Positions 20,118 through 31,286 are shown, counted from the stretch's first letter. The stretch: DNA of 64,000 nucleotides from an uncultured Nitrospinota bacterium (GCA_964394335.1 CAYMVZ010000001.1:7360-71359); one strand, 5' to 3'. Made by a program: numbers and translations. Notes: generated by a model from the sequence alone, not told the origin.

Positions 20118-21338
20118 ATGACTGTTTTTGCTTATCAAGCAACAGATCGGCATGGAAAACTCATTAAAGGTAAAATTGATGCGGTAGAAAAACAACAGGT
20201 TGTTGCGGCTTTGCAAAAACAGAATGTTTTACCGATTGAGATTAAACAGAAAAAGGAGTTTTTGCCAAGTTCCTACAGTCTGTCGTTTTCCAATCCATTT
20301 AAAGAGGCCGGCAATAACGACATAATGTTATTCACCCGGCAACTATCAACACTGTTAATGTCTGGAATCACCCTCGATCAAAGCTTGTTTATCTTAACCG
20401 ATCTCACGGAAAAAGAAAAATTCAGAGATGTTATAAAAACTCTAAGGGAAAAGGTGCATGGCGGCAGTACTTTTGCCGATGCCCTTACTAAATATCCAAA
20501 AATATTTACGAGACTCTTTATAAACATGGTGAGGGTTGGAGAAACTGGAGGAGTTTTAGGTGAAGTTACCGAGAGATTATCTGATTTTTTGGAGAAAACT
20601 CAAAAGCTAAAAGAAAACATACAATCTGCCATGATTTATCCGGCATTGTTAGCATTAATTGGCGGTTCAGCTGTAGTCGTATTAATGATTTTTGTTATTC
20701 CAAAATTCGCAAAAATTTTTTCAGATATTGGACAAACTATTCCTCTTGCTGCCGCAGTATTAATAGGCACGAGCTCTTTTCTCTCTAACTACTGGTGGAT
20801 TGTCCTTTTTTTTATCATCCTTTCCTGCTATTTGGGATGGCATTACATTAATACTCCAGAAGGCAAATACCAGTTGGACACCCGGGTATTGAAAATTCCT
20901 TATATTGGTAGTTTAGTGAGAAAAATAGAAATATCCAGATTTTGCAGAACTTTTGGAACTTTAATTAAAAGCGGTGTCCCGGTTTTGCAGAGTCTATTAA
21001 TAGTTAAGGAGGTTATTAATAACAGGGTCATTTCGCAATCTCTGGAGAAAATACATTCTGGAGTTAAGGTGGGAAAAGGAATCTCAGGGCCACTAAAAGA
21101 AAGTAATTCCCTGCCTCCTCTCGCTATCCACATGATTTCTATTGGAGAGGAAACAGGGAATCTTGAGGAGATGTTATTCAAAGTCTCTGATATATTTGAT
21201 AATGAGATAGAAGTTTCGATTAAAAATATTATTTCTTTAATAGGGCCTTTATTGATACTTATAATGGCTTGTATCGTGGGTTTTATAGTTCTTTCCTTGC
21301 TGACAGCAATATTTAGTATTAATGAAATACCTTTCTAA
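20118..21338 (+). CDS. gspF: T2SS inner-membrane platform protein GspF.
   Basis: Duplicated GspF/PilC-type domain; 406 aa; position. Confidence 0.85.
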   Translation: MTVFAYQATDRHGKLIKGKIDAVEKQQVVAALQKQNVLPIEIKQKKEFLPSSYSLSFSNPFKEAGNNDIMLFTRQLSTLLMSGITLDQSLFILTDLTEKEKFRDVIKTLREKVHGGSTFADALTKYPKIFTRLFINMVRVGETGGVLGEVTERLSDFLEKTQKLKENIQSAMIYPALLALIGGSAVVVLMIFVIPKFAKIFSDIGQTIPLAAAVLIGTSSFLSNYWWIVLFFIILSCYLGWHYINTPEGKYQLDTRVLKIPYIGSLVRKIEISRFCRTFGTLIKSGVPVLQSLLIVKEVINNRVISQSLEKIHSGVKVGKGISGPLKESNSLPPLAIHMISIGEETGNLEEMLFKVSDIFDNEIEVSIKNIISLIGPLLILIMACIVGFIVLSLLTAIFSINEIPF

Positions 21339-21852
21339 AAAATCTCCCTCTGGTTACAGCTTGATTGAATTAATTGTTGTGTTGGTATTGATAGGATTAC
21401 TCTCAGCACTCACAATGCCTCTTTTAATATCATCTATAACTAAAACAAGATTCAAAACTTCAGCGAAAGAATTAGCTACAACATTTCGTTTCGCGAGAAG
21501 CCAGGCAATAAGTACTAAAAAACCATATTATTTCTATGTAGACTTAGACAATTCTTCATATTGGATTTCATCAGACGTAGAAAATGTGGAAGGCAAGGAC
21601 TTCTTTGATGCTGAAGATGCTCGTGAAGCCGCTGTCAATATTCGACATACTTCAAAAGAAATTATAATAAAAAAAGTTGATGCAGCATTATCCACTATAG
21701 AAGAAGGTATTGTTGAAATTCCTTTTTATCCTCAAGGAAATACTATTGATGTAATAGTGTATTTGGAAAAAAGAAACGAATCGAACTCAGAACGTAATTA
21801 TGAAATCCATCTTGATGAAATTACTGGTAGGGTTAAAATTGTAAAAAAATAG
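21322..21852 (+). CDS. gspG: Major pseudopilin GspG.
   Basis: Prepilin N-terminus SGYSLIELIVVLVLIGLL. Confidence 0.75.
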   Translation: MKYLSKKSPSGYSLIELIVVLVLIGLLSALTMPLLISSITKTRFKTSAKELATTFRFARSQAISTKKPYYFYVDLDNSSYWISSDVENVEGKDFFDAEDAREAAVNIRHTSKEIIIKKVDAALSTIEEGIVEIPFYPQGNTIDVIVYLEKRNESNSERNYEIHLDEITGRVKIVKK

Positions 21853-21879
21853 CATACGGTTTTTCCAAAATTAAAAAAA

Positions 21880-22563
21880 ATGAATATTTTAGTCTTTTTA
21901 CAGAGTTTTAGTAAAAACAAATGGCTCAAGAGAGGTTTAAACCAATTATTATATTCTGCAAGAGGATTTACATTAATAGAGGTTATAGTCTCCCTGGCTA
22001 TTATGGGCATTAGTATTGTTACTATCTTACAGCTATTTTCAGGGGGATTACGTTCAATAAAAGTTTCAGATGATTACCTGAGGGCAGCGATACTTGCTCA
22101 AAATAAAATGAATGAACTTGAATCTAAATTCAACATTTTAATTAATCAAGAGGGTGTGTTTGAGCAAGACGAACGCTATAACTGGTCACTTTCAGTGGAA
22201 AATTATGATCTTGCCGGATTACATCCTCAATTTGAAAATCTGAAAGACGAGAATACAGGGAAATCTGTTTTTGTTGATAAAGTAAGGTTAAAAGTATTTT
22301 GGGACACCAGACATGGACAACGTGAGATGGAACTTGTTACATTAAAATCTTCGGTGATGGCAAATCCTTCATCAAAAGACTTCTTACTCGGCATATATTC
22401 ACGAGCACTTGCTCCTTCAAGGGGTAAGCAATTTGGAGAGCAGAATCTCCCGAGCGCTCAATCAGAAGGCGAGTACGTTCAATATGAGATAAGCGGCGTA
22501 AAATATACTGTAAAGAGGTACATTTCTGGCGCGGAGATAAAGGCTGAGATAAGCGGAAACTGA
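21880..22563 (+). CDS. Minor pseudopilin (GspH/GspI-like).
   Basis: RGFTLIEVIVSLAIMGI prepilin-type N-terminus. Confidence 0.6.
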   Translation: MNILVFLQSFSKNKWLKRGLNQLLYSARGFTLIEVIVSLAIMGISIVTILQLFSGGLRSIKVSDDYLRAAILAQNKMNELESKFNILINQEGVFEQDERYNWSLSVENYDLAGLHPQFENLKDENTGKSVFVDKVRLKVFWDTRHGQREMELVTLKSSVMANPSSKDFLLGIYSRALAPSRGKQFGEQNLPSAQSEGEYVQYEISGVKYTVKRYISGAEIKAEISGN

Positions 22564-22591
22564 ATTAGTTAATCATTAAATAGAACTCCCT

Positions 22592-23326
22592 GTGAAAAAA
22601 AAAACGGATAGACATTTTAAGACTCTCTTTAAAGACGTAGAAGATGGCTTCACGCTTCTGGAACTGATTGTAACTCTCACAATATTAACTATCATTGTTG
22701 TCTTAGCTTTTGGAGCATTCCGCCTTGGAATCAAAGCATGGGAAACAGGTGATGAAAGAGTGGACTTTTTATACAGAATGAAATACCTCGTGGATTTGAT
22801 GGAAAAGGAGATCAGCTCAATACATCCTTACTATTTCCGACAGGATAATGAAAAGGACGATAAAAAACTTGACTTTCAAGGACAACCGAATCTTATCAGT
22901 TTTATATCATCCGTAAAAAGGAGTGATCTTTCCCTTTCGGGGGATAAATTGCGGAAGGTTTCTTTTTATTTCGAAAAAGATAAAAATCTTTTGATAATGA
23001 GGGAAGAAATTATTCAACCTTATGTTCCTTTCATCGAATCCGGTAAGAAAAAAATCAGATCTATCACATTAGCAAAAGATGTCAGTGACCTTAGATTTAG
23101 ATATTTTATGTTAAATAACACAAATCGCGATATTGAGAATGATGGAGAATGGGTAGCAAATTTCTCGTCAATTGAAGAGGATAAATTACCCAGAGCTGTT
23201 GAAATAACTATAGCTATGGAAACAGAAAGGGAAGAATTCAATAATAAGGTTAAAACATTTTATCTGCCACCTTTCATAGTTTTATTAAACGCAGGAATGG
23301 AATTTAGATTTATTAACATAGAATAG
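22592..23326 (+). CDS. Minor pseudopilin GspJ-like.
   Basis: DGFTLLELIVTLTILTII prepilin-type N-terminus. Confidence 0.55.
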   Translation: MKKKTDRHFKTLFKDVEDGFTLLELIVTLTILTIIVVLAFGAFRLGIKAWETGDERVDFLYRMKYLVDLMEKEISSIHPYYFRQDNEKDDKKLDFQGQPNLISFISSVKRSDLSLSGDKLRKVSFYFEKDKNLLIMREEIIQPYVPFIESGKKKIRSITLAKDVSDLRFRYFMLNNTNRDIENDGEWVANFSSIEEDKLPRAVEITIAMETEREEFNNKVKTFYLPPFIVLLNAGMEFRFINIE

Positions 23327-23329
23327 TAG

Positions 23330-24499
23330 ATGGCATTGACAAATAAACATCAACAATTTAGCGATCAAAACCATCTTTTGTGGAGACGCAAAGTCGCGGC
23401 ATTATGTTCTCTATCGAGTTTTTTAAAACCACAAAAGATCTCCACACCTTTGCAAGGCATCTCGCACATTAGATTATATTTTCACAGGTTATTTTATCTC
23501 GAAGAAGGAATTGCATTGATAATGACTCTCTGGATTATGGTTCTATTAATTGCTATTGCGACGGAGTTTACGCACGCAACCAGAACAGAAATTAATACTA
23601 CAAAAAACTTTAAAGAAGAAATCGCGAGCTATTATCTTGCTCAAGCAGGGATAAACCTTGCAATTACAGAAATTCTCCAGGATGCAGAATTCCATGCTCT
23701 TGATGAAGAGGGGGAGATTGTATTTGGTAGAAAAAGCTTTAAAGAAAACGTTCAGGATACAGAAAACTTTGCCGTTAAAGGATTAGAGGAGAATGCATCC
23801 GATAGAGCGAATGTGGTGAATCTAATTAGTTCGGAGAACAGAAAAGAAATTAACTTAGGGACCGGCGGGTTTTCGTACTCAATTAAAGACGTTAATGGGA
23901 AACCGAATTTAAATATTATCCCAAGACGAACCATCATAAAAATATTAGAGCTCTCAGGAATGGGTGCAGGAAGCTTAAGAGATACTATCGCCGATTCAAT
24001 AATGGACTGGCGGGATAAAGACGACTTGCATCGTTTTAATGGCGCAGAAGATGATTACTATCTTACTTTGTCTCCTCCTTATGAATGTAAAAATGATTTT
24101 TTTGATTCGGTTGAAGAACTGATCTGGGTAAAAGGCATGACTGAGGAAATTTTATATGGAACAGAAAATACGAAAAAAAACAAAAAATCAGGTCAAGAAT
24201 TCCTTGGGATTTATGATATGCTAACAGTTGAGAATATCGAATTTATAAATCCTAATACCGTTGATGAAAATTTGCTGGAGATTTTCTACCCTCCCGACGA
24301 AGCTGAAGTAATTCTTCTTGCAAGAATGCAAAACGGGAAATACGATAATTCTAAATCAAGTCATTTTATTGTTGAATCAACAGGTTTTTTAAATGATAGT
24401 CCAATAAAAAGAACCATAAAAGCTACATTTGAAAAAATTGGTCATGGAAACCAATCATTGATACTTTCAAAATATTGGAATGATAACAAAATAAAGTAA
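23330..24499 (+). CDS. Minor pseudopilin GspK-like.
   Basis: Hydrophobic TLWIMVLLIAIATEF N-terminal helix; size and position after the J-like gene. Confidence 0.55.
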   Translation: MALTNKHQQFSDQNHLLWRRKVAALCSLSSFLKPQKISTPLQGISHIRLYFHRLFYLEEGIALIMTLWIMVLLIAIATEFTHATRTEINTTKNFKEEIASYYLAQAGINLAITEILQDAEFHALDEEGEIVFGRKSFKENVQDTENFAVKGLEENASDRANVVNLISSENRKEINLGTGGFSYSIKDVNGKPNLNIIPRRTIIKILELSGMGAGSLRDTIADSIMDWRDKDDLHRFNGAEDDYYLTLSPPYECKNDFFDSVEELIWVKGMTEEILYGTENTKKNKKSGQEFLGIYDMLTVENIEFINPNTVDENLLEIFYPPDEAEVILLARMQNGKYDNSKSSHFIVESTGFLNDSPIKRTIKATFEKIGHGNQSLILSKYWNDNKIK

Positions 24500-24503
24500 T
24501 GGT

Positions 24504-25994
24504 ATGAAGCAATTGTATATTGAAAAATCCATTGGTATTGATTTCCAAAAAGAAATAACTTCAATAGCCCTATTAGGAAAAACTTTGCGAGGCATGGAAC
24601 TACTTGACTATCATGTCTGGCAAAACAGCTCAAACGGGTCAGATGAATCAGAACGTCAATTTATAGCTAATTTAAATAATTTTTTGAAAAAAAACAGTCT
24701 AAAAAACATCAGGGGCGCGTTTTGTTTTCCAAGACATGACATTATTCTGAAATATATAGATATTCCAACTCCTAAAAAAGAAAATATTAAAGATATTTTA
24801 GAATATGAAATTGAAAGGCATGTGCCTTTAACAAAAGATGAGATTTATTACGACTTCCAGATTATAAAGCAAAGAGACGAAAATTTGTATAATGTTCTAA
24901 TTGCTGTTTCCAAGAAATCTCAGGTTGACCACTTTATTAATCTTCTGAAAGAGGCCTCCATAATTCCTTCATTGGTTAGTTTGTCTACTGTATCAAATTT
25001 TAATCTGCTTTCTTTTATTGAATATGACCGGAAAATTCTTAATGCAGTTATTGAAATTGGTTTCAGGGGTGTTAACATCTCTTTTATTTTAGACGGCTCG
25101 GTTGTTTATACGAGGAGTATACCCTCATCGGGAAATGATGCCTGGAAAAAATTCCTTTTAGAAAAAATTGTATCTAACGTTGCATTAGAGACTGCTGCCA
25201 GAAATTTTACAGAGTTTTTAATTAGAGAAATTAATTTATCCCTTGCCAGTTGCCGGGAAATTGTTTCAGAACAAACTATAGATTGTTTTTATCTAAGTGG
25301 TGGGGGTTTGTTGACCGAGTCCATAAAAAAGCATTTGGAACAGGGTATAACGGGGAGAGTACAAATATTGGATCCCCTGGTTAAGCTTCAAAGCAGGAGT
25401 TATGATATTTCCGAAAAGGACAGAAATTTTCTTGCTAATGCAATTGGCGCTGGCATTCAGAATCATATAAAAAGTGAGTTTCATATAAACTTTCTCCCGG
25501 AAGCGCTTAAGAAATATGCGGAGGATCATAGCTTAAAAACAATGTTGATCCTTTCAGGCATTTTTATATTCGTGCTTTTTACAACTTTTGCAAGCGTTTT
25601 TTTTAAAGAATATTTGACTTTAAATGAGATAGAAAATGAAATTAAAAAAATTAAAAAAGAAGTTATATTAGCTGATAATTTTGAGCGGGAGTATGAACAA
25701 ATAAGCCGTCAACAGCTTTTTCTTAAAGAGATCCAAAAGAGTAATCCAAGCCGCTTAATAATTTTAAAAGAATTAACAACAATTCTTCCTCCTGACGTGT
25801 GGCTGCAAAATTTAGCGATAAAACAAAGTACTGCTGTGATTACAGGCACTGCAGATTCAACTTCAAAGCTTGTTCCTCTTTTAGAGCAATCGGACCTTTT
25901 CACTAATGTACATTTTGTTGATTCCATTAGCCATGTAAAAGACAGAGAACAATTTAAAATGAAACTTCCATTAAAAAGTCTGACGGTGAAATGA
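24504..25994 (+). CDS. GspL-like (PilM/PilN-type actin-like cytoplasmic domain + TM + periplasmic domain).
   Basis: Size 496 aa; single internal TM; position. Confidence 0.5.
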   Translation: MKQLYIEKSIGIDFQKEITSIALLGKTLRGMELLDYHVWQNSSNGSDESERQFIANLNNFLKKNSLKNIRGAFCFPRHDIILKYIDIPTPKKENIKDILEYEIERHVPLTKDEIYYDFQIIKQRDENLYNVLIAVSKKSQVDHFINLLKEASIIPSLVSLSTVSNFNLLSFIEYDRKILNAVIEIGFRGVNISFILDGSVVYTRSIPSSGNDAWKKFLLEKIVSNVALETAARNFTEFLIREINLSLASCREIVSEQTIDCFYLSGGGLLTESIKKHLEQGITGRVQILDPLVKLQSRSYDISEKDRNFLANAIGAGIQNHIKSEFHINFLPEALKKYAEDHSLKTMLILSGIFIFVLFTTFASVFFKEYLTLNEIENEIKKIKKEVILADNFEREYEQISRQQLFLKEIQKSNPSRLIILKELTTILPPDVWLQNLAIKQSTAVITGTADSTSKLVPLLEQSDLFTNVHFVDSISHVKDREQFKMKLPLKSLTVK

Positions 25995-26548
25995 ATACGA
26001 CCAGTAGAGAAAAAATTTTTTTATATGTGGGAGGAGTGCTTTTTGGATTTACAGTATTATACTTAGTGATTGTTAAACCAATCTACAGTAAACATATAGA
26101 GATTCAGAGTAAAATTGAACAAAAAGGAATGCTCCTTAAGCGATATAAAGCTATTCTTAAACGGGATGATCAACTTAAGAAAAGAGTAGTTTACATTAAG
26201 AAAGAATTTGATAGAATGGCGAAGGTTCTATTGGTTAGTGCCAAGCCTTCTTTAGCAGCATCCGAGTTGCAAGCGATACTCGAAGACATTATTAAAAAAG
26301 CACGCTCTACAGTAACAAATATTAAAAATAATAAGCCTATTGAAAAGGAAGCATTTTATCAAATTCCGATTGAAATAACTGTTGATTCAACATTAAGAGA
26401 GCTTAAAGATATTATTTATCAAATTGAAAACTCAGACAAGTTTTTGATTGTTAGAGATGTAAATATTCGGCTGGTAAAATCCGGAGATCCGGAAAAATTA
26501 AAAACTAAATTTATTATAGATGGATTTGCTAAAAAAAATCTCAGCTAA
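25991..26548 (+). CDS. GspM/PilO-like bitopic membrane protein.
   Basis: N-terminal TM; 185 aa; start overlaps the upstream stop. Confidence 0.45.
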   Translation: MNTTSREKIFLYVGGVLFGFTVLYLVIVKPIYSKHIEIQSKIEQKGMLLKRYKAILKRDDQLKKRVVYIKKEFDRMAKVLLVSAKPSLAASELQAILEDIIKKARSTVTNIKNNKPIEKEAFYQIPIEITVDSTLRELKDIIYQIENSDKFLIVRDVNIRLVKSGDPEKLKTKFIIDGFAKKNLS

Positions 26549-26563
26549 AAAAAATCAAATTAT

Positions 26564-26612
26564 TGAAGCTCCCCTTAGCAAGCTACTGGGAATGCGCTCG
26601 CTAAACACTTTC
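26564..26612 (-). repeat. Mini-copy (reverse orientation) of the dispersed repeat core gaaagtgtttagcgagcgcattc...ggggagcttcaa.
   Basis: Reverse complement matches 37597-37620 joined to the GGAGCTTCAA module. Confidence 0.45.
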
Positions 26613-26638
26613 ATTAAAAATGAAGAGGATAAATCAGA

Positions 26639-29581
26639 GTGATTAATACCGATCGCGTGACCGCAGGTCGCAATAAAATTTTGATATGCGTTGTCGCTTG
26701 TTTAGTCTTAGTTTTATCTTCCTCATGTGCAGAGAAAAAATCTGCCATAGACAAGCTAATTGTTCAAAAACCGAGTGATGAAACCAAAAGAAAAGTTGAG
26801 GAAGAAAAAATAAGACAAAGAGAGGAGAAAAGAACGGTTGAAGTAATCGAGAAATCAGAGAAAGATGCTTCTCCAGTAGAAGAAATCAAAGAACAAAAAG
26901 AGCAAAAAATTGGTAAAACTCTGGATTCCATTTCAAAGGCTATTTCAAATATTTCCGGGAAATCTCCAGAAGTTAAGAAAGACAAACAAATTGAAAAGCA
27001 TGTTAAAAAAGAAACCATCACAGGTGATTTTGAACACGTATTAATGGAGTCGAAAGTATTATCTCTCGCGCAAAAAAAACCGAAAAAAATACAACAACCC
27101 CAGGTGCCAAAAAATATTCAAATTGAAAAAGAAGTTTCTTTAAACTTTGAATCAACTGACATTAAAGATATTATTATCACATTTTGTGATTTGTTAAAAA
27201 TCGATTATATTTTGGATCCAGGCATATCCGGTAAAATAACATTACAAACATTTAAAAAAGCCAAAGTTAAAGATTTATTTAATATTTTAGAAAAGATACT
27301 AATATTAAACAATTTAACAGTTATAAAAACAGGAAATTTTTATCGCTTTATGCCGGTTGAGTCAGCTAAAAAGGAATCACTAAATATATTTTTCGGTAAA
27401 GATAGCTCCCTTGTTCCGTCACGGGACAGATTAATTATTCAGATAATACCTTTAAAACATATTTCCACAAGTTCAGTGAAAAGTATTATCACCCCTTTAT
27501 TATCCGAGCATGCCAGCTTTTTAGATGTTGCTGAAACTAATAATCTGATGATTATCGACACGGCCACCAATATTAAACGGCTGTTAGGCATTATTGAGAT
27601 AATAGATGTAGAATCTGCTGAAAGTTTGCAGGTAAAGCTTTTCCCTCTCAAACATTCTGATGTGAACGAATTCGCGGTAGATATAAAAGAAATATTTGAT
27701 TCAATGGGCTATGCCTCAGAGGGGCCGTCCAGAGCAAAACCGAAAGTTGCGCCGAAAGCTAAACCTGCACCCAAGGCTAAACCCAGGGCTCCAACCAGGA
27801 ATACATCCATTGACAGCTCCTCTGTAATAAATTTTGTTCCTATTAAAAAAATAAACTCCTTGTTAGTTGTAAATCCTTTTCCAGAGCTTCTTCCAGACAT
27901 CAAGTTCTGGATATCAAAATTAGATAGACCTTTTAAACTCTTTATAGGAAAAGACAGTACACTTATTCCTGAGACAAATGAGAAAATTTTACAAATAATA
28001 CCATTAAGTTTCGTTACACCGGATTCACTGAAAGAAATTATTACCCCTATGATGACCTCGGAAGGAACCTTATTAACAACTCCTGATCAAGGTGGTCTGA
28101 TTATTATTGACTTTGTAAATAATATTAAGTGGATTTTAGAAATAATTAATGTATTAGATATAAACACGCTGGATAAAATACAGGTAAGGTTAGTCCTTGC
28201 GGAACATGCTGATGCGGAAGAAATAGCAAGTACTTTAACTGAAATGTTTGATTCATTAGGCTACACCGCTCAAGAGACGGGCTCTAGTTTGAAATTTGTT
28301 CCAGTTGAAAGATTAAATGCTTTAATAATAATCAATCCTTTTTCAGAACTTCTACCTAATATCGAATCCTGGATTTCAATATTAGATACTCCTGCCATGG
28401 AAGGCCTGGAAGAAAAAACTTTTATTTATTACGTTCAAAATACAAAAGCTGGTGCCCTGGCATCGCTTTTAACTACATTATATCAACCAGACACCTTGAC
28501 AAGCAGTAGAGAAGTAACGGACAAGAGGTTTAGAGTAAGCAAAAAAGGGTCTCGAAAAGAAAAAACTGCAAGCAAAGAAAAAAAAGTAAAAGGTAAAACT
28601 AAACCTTATCAAAAAAAACCGTCAATTAAAGTCAAAACCCTTCAATCACAAGACGTTGTCGGTGAAATCCTTTTTGTCGCGGACGAGTTTACCAACGCGC
28701 TTATAGTTAAAACGCTTCCCAGGAATTATCCTGCAATATTGGAAACTATTAAGCTACTTGATTTAATGCCTCTGCAGGTGATGATTGAAGTGCTGGTAAT
28801 ACAATTGACTATAGATGACCAAACAAGGGCAGGGATTGACTGGGCATTTAAAACCGGAAGTCTTGCTGTGGGTTCTGCAGCAGCGTCTCAATCTGTTTCC
28901 GTTGGGGCAGTTTTAGGGCAGTCTGCGACAGCTGTCCTGAGCCAGGGGTTTTCTATTGTTGCGCAATCAGAAAATTTTACCGCCTTGCTCCAGGCATTTG
29001 CTGAAGATTCTAAGCTAAATGTATTATCAAATCCAATTCTTATAACTTCCGAGAATAAACCTGCATCTATTAATATTACCAATGACATACCGATTGAGAC
29101 ATCAACCATTTCCACGCCAACAGCAGGACAGCCTTTGACTGAAACATCTATTCAGTATAGAAGTGTTGGCATTAAGCTAAATATCACTCCTCAAATCAAT
29201 AGAGACCGTTTTGTTGCTTTAGAAATCAGTCAGGAATCGAGTAATGTTAATGAAGCCGCATCATTCTCTCAACCCGCTTTTTTTACTCGCAGCACCGATA
29301 CCAATGTCGTTGTAAAAGATAAACAAACTCTGGTTATCGGAGGGTTAATGGAAACAACGAAAAGCCATTCTAATACCGGGGTTCCTATTTTAAAAGATAT
29401 ACCCTTTTTTGGTCGACTTTTTAAAGCAAAGTCAGACAGACTTCGTAAAACAGAATTGATAATTTTTATAACTCCTCATGTGATTGCTGATATTTCCGAA
29501 GCTAATCAAGCTACAAAGAGTTTCAGATCGAAATTATTAAATATAACGAAAGACTTTAAATTAAAAAAAAGAATAAATTAA
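26639..29581 (+). CDS. gspD: Secretin GspD (980 aa) with duplicated N-domains and a K/P/A-rich linker.
   Basis: C-terminal secretin motifs (…VVVKDKQTLVIGGL…VPILKDIPFFGRLF). Lipoprotein-like N-terminus. Internal repeat of the …IIPL…SLKEIITP… domain. Confidence 0.85.
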   Translation: MINTDRVTAGRNKILICVVACLVLVLSSSCAEKKSAIDKLIVQKPSDETKRKVEEEKIRQREEKRTVEVIEKSEKDASPVEEIKEQKEQKIGKTLDSISKAISNISGKSPEVKKDKQIEKHVKKETITGDFEHVLMESKVLSLAQKKPKKIQQPQVPKNIQIEKEVSLNFESTDIKDIIITFCDLLKIDYILDPGISGKITLQTFKKAKVKDLFNILEKILILNNLTVIKTGNFYRFMPVESAKKESLNIFFGKDSSLVPSRDRLIIQIIPLKHISTSSVKSIITPLLSEHASFLDVAETNNLMIIDTATNIKRLLGIIEIIDVESAESLQVKLFPLKHSDVNEFAVDIKEIFDSMGYASEGPSRAKPKVAPKAKPAPKAKPRAPTRNTSIDSSSVINFVPIKKINSLLVVNPFPELLPDIKFWISKLDRPFKLFIGKDSTLIPETNEKILQIIPLSFVTPDSLKEIITPMMTSEGTLLTTPDQGGLIIIDFVNNIKWILEIINVLDINTLDKIQVRLVLAEHADAEEIASTLTEMFDSLGYTAQETGSSLKFVPVERLNALIIINPFSELLPNIESWISILDTPAMEGLEEKTFIYYVQNTKAGALASLLTTLYQPDTLTSSREVTDKRFRVSKKGSRKEKTASKEKKVKGKTKPYQKKPSIKVKTLQSQDVVGEILFVADEFTNALIVKTLPRNYPAILETIKLLDLMPLQVMIEVLVIQLTIDDQTRAGIDWAFKTGSLAVGSAAASQSVSVGAVLGQSATAVLSQGFSIVAQSENFTALLQAFAEDSKLNVLSNPILITSENKPASINITNDIPIETSTISTPTAGQPLTETSIQYRSVGIKLNITPQINRDRFVALEISQESSNVNEAASFSQPAFFTRSTDTNVVVKDKQTLVIGGLMETTKSHSNTGVPILKDIPFFGRLFKAKSDRLRKTELIIFITPHVIADISEANQATKSFRSKLLNITKDFKLKKRIN

Positions 29582-29711
29582 AAAAGTCCTGCATGCCTGA
29601 CACACCGTAACTGCAACCAAAATGAATTATATCCCTTAAATCCCCTCTGAGGGACTAAGGTGGATATAAACTTCTTCAAAAAAAAGATTTCTCAGAGTAT
29701 AATAGCTTATA

Positions 29712-31238
29712 GTGAAACAAGATAGAATCGTTATATTCGACACTACCTTAAGAGATGGTGAACAATGTCCAGGAGCTAGTTTAAACACCGGCGAAAAGTT
29801 GGAGATTGCGCGGCAGCTTGCGCTTTTAAAAGTTGACGTTATTGAAGCTGGTTTCCCAATTGCCTCTCCCGGGGATTTTGAAGCAGTTAGCACTATCGCA
29901 CGGGAAGTCAAAGGTTCTACTATTGCTGGATTGGCTCGCGCGCTCAAGAAGGATATTGACGCTGCCGCTAAAGCCATCGAAAAAGCCAGAAAACCTCGCA
30001 TCCATGTCTTTTTAGCCACCTCTAAAATCCACAGAGAATTTAAGCTCAAAAAGGCAAAACAGGAAATTCTCAAGCAGGCTATTCAATCGGTAAAATACGC
30101 AAAAAAATTTGCTGACGATATTGAATTTTCTCCCGAAGACGCCTCCAGAACGGAGCAGGATTTTCTCAATGAGGTGGTGGAAGCTGTTATTGACTCAGGC
30201 GCTACCACGGTAAATATTCCTGATACAGTAGGTTATGCCCTTCCCGGTCCTTTTGGCGAGCTTATTAAAAACATCGTTGATAACGTACCCAATATAAAAA
30301 AAACCATAATAAGCGTCCACTGCCATAATGATCTTGGCCTTGCCGTTGCAAATTCCTTATCCGCGGTGAAAGCCGGGGCGCGCCAGGTTGAGTGTACAAT
30401 CAATGGGCTCGGGGAAAGAGCAGGTAATGCTGCTATGGAAGAGCTTGTCATGGGTCTTAAAACCAGGAAAGAATATTTTGGTGTGAAAACAGAAATTGAG
30501 ACAAAGCGCTTTGTCGGCATCAGTAAGTTGACGGCTAATTTGACCGGACTACACGTGCAGCGAAATAAAGCAATTGTCGGAGCAAACGCTTTTGCCCATG
30601 AAGCCGGAATTCATCAACATGGTATTTTATCCAAAAGAAACACTTATGAAATTATGGACCCTAAAGACGTGGGATGGGATAAATCTAACCTCGTAATGGG
30701 TAAACATTCCGGACGACACGCCTTTTTAGCACGGGTGAAAGAAATGGGATTTAAATTGTCAAAAGAAAAACTGAACACTGCCTTTGAACGATTTAAAATT
30801 CTTGCTGATGAAAAAAAAGAAATTTATGATGAAGACTTGCGCGCAATCATAGAAGACCAGTTAGGCAAAGAAGAAATCCAATACTTCTCCCTTGAAAAAT
30901 TCAAGATACTGGTAGAGACAGAGACCACGCCCGACGCGAATGTTACCTTAAAGTTTTATGATGGAAAAATCAAAAGCGCCAGGGCTTCCGGTGACGGACC
31001 GGTGGATGCCATTTTAAACGCCATTGATAAAATTACTAAGCTCAAATGCCGTTTGTCCGATTATGAAATCCGCGCTGTAACAAAGGGTAGAGACGCGTTA
31101 GGAGAAGTGAACCTCCAGGTAGAGCATAAAAAGCAAAAGGTGAGAGGAAAAGCCGCGGGAACGAATATTATAGAAGCAACCACATGCGCGTATCTCAGTG
31201 CTGTCAACCGCCTGATTAAAAAACAGCAGGAAGCGTAA
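29712..31238 (+). CDS. leuA: 2-isopropylmalate synthase (or citramalate synthase) of the LeuA family. GTG start.
   Basis: VIFDTTLRDGEQ and HCHNDLGLAVANS motifs; 508 aa. Confidence 0.8.
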   Translation: MKQDRIVIFDTTLRDGEQCPGASLNTGEKLEIARQLALLKVDVIEAGFPIASPGDFEAVSTIAREVKGSTIAGLARALKKDIDAAAKAIEKARKPRIHVFLATSKIHREFKLKKAKQEILKQAIQSVKYAKKFADDIEFSPEDASRTEQDFLNEVVEAVIDSGATTVNIPDTVGYALPGPFGELIKNIVDNVPNIKKTIISVHCHNDLGLAVANSLSAVKAGARQVECTINGLGERAGNAAMEELVMGLKTRKEYFGVKTEIETKRFVGISKLTANLTGLHVQRNKAIVGANAFAHEAGIHQHGILSKRNTYEIMDPKDVGWDKSNLVMGKHSGRHAFLARVKEMGFKLSKEKLNTAFERFKILADEKKEIYDEDLRAIIEDQLGKEEIQYFSLEKFKILVETETTPDANVTLKFYDGKIKSARASGDGPVDAILNAIDKITKLKCRLSDYEIRAVTKGRDALGEVNLQVEHKKQKVRGKAAGTNIIEATTCAYLSAVNRLIKKQQEA

Positions 31239-31286
31239 ACACGATTTATATACTGCACCTACCCAAAAGAGAATCTATTTGATTTC

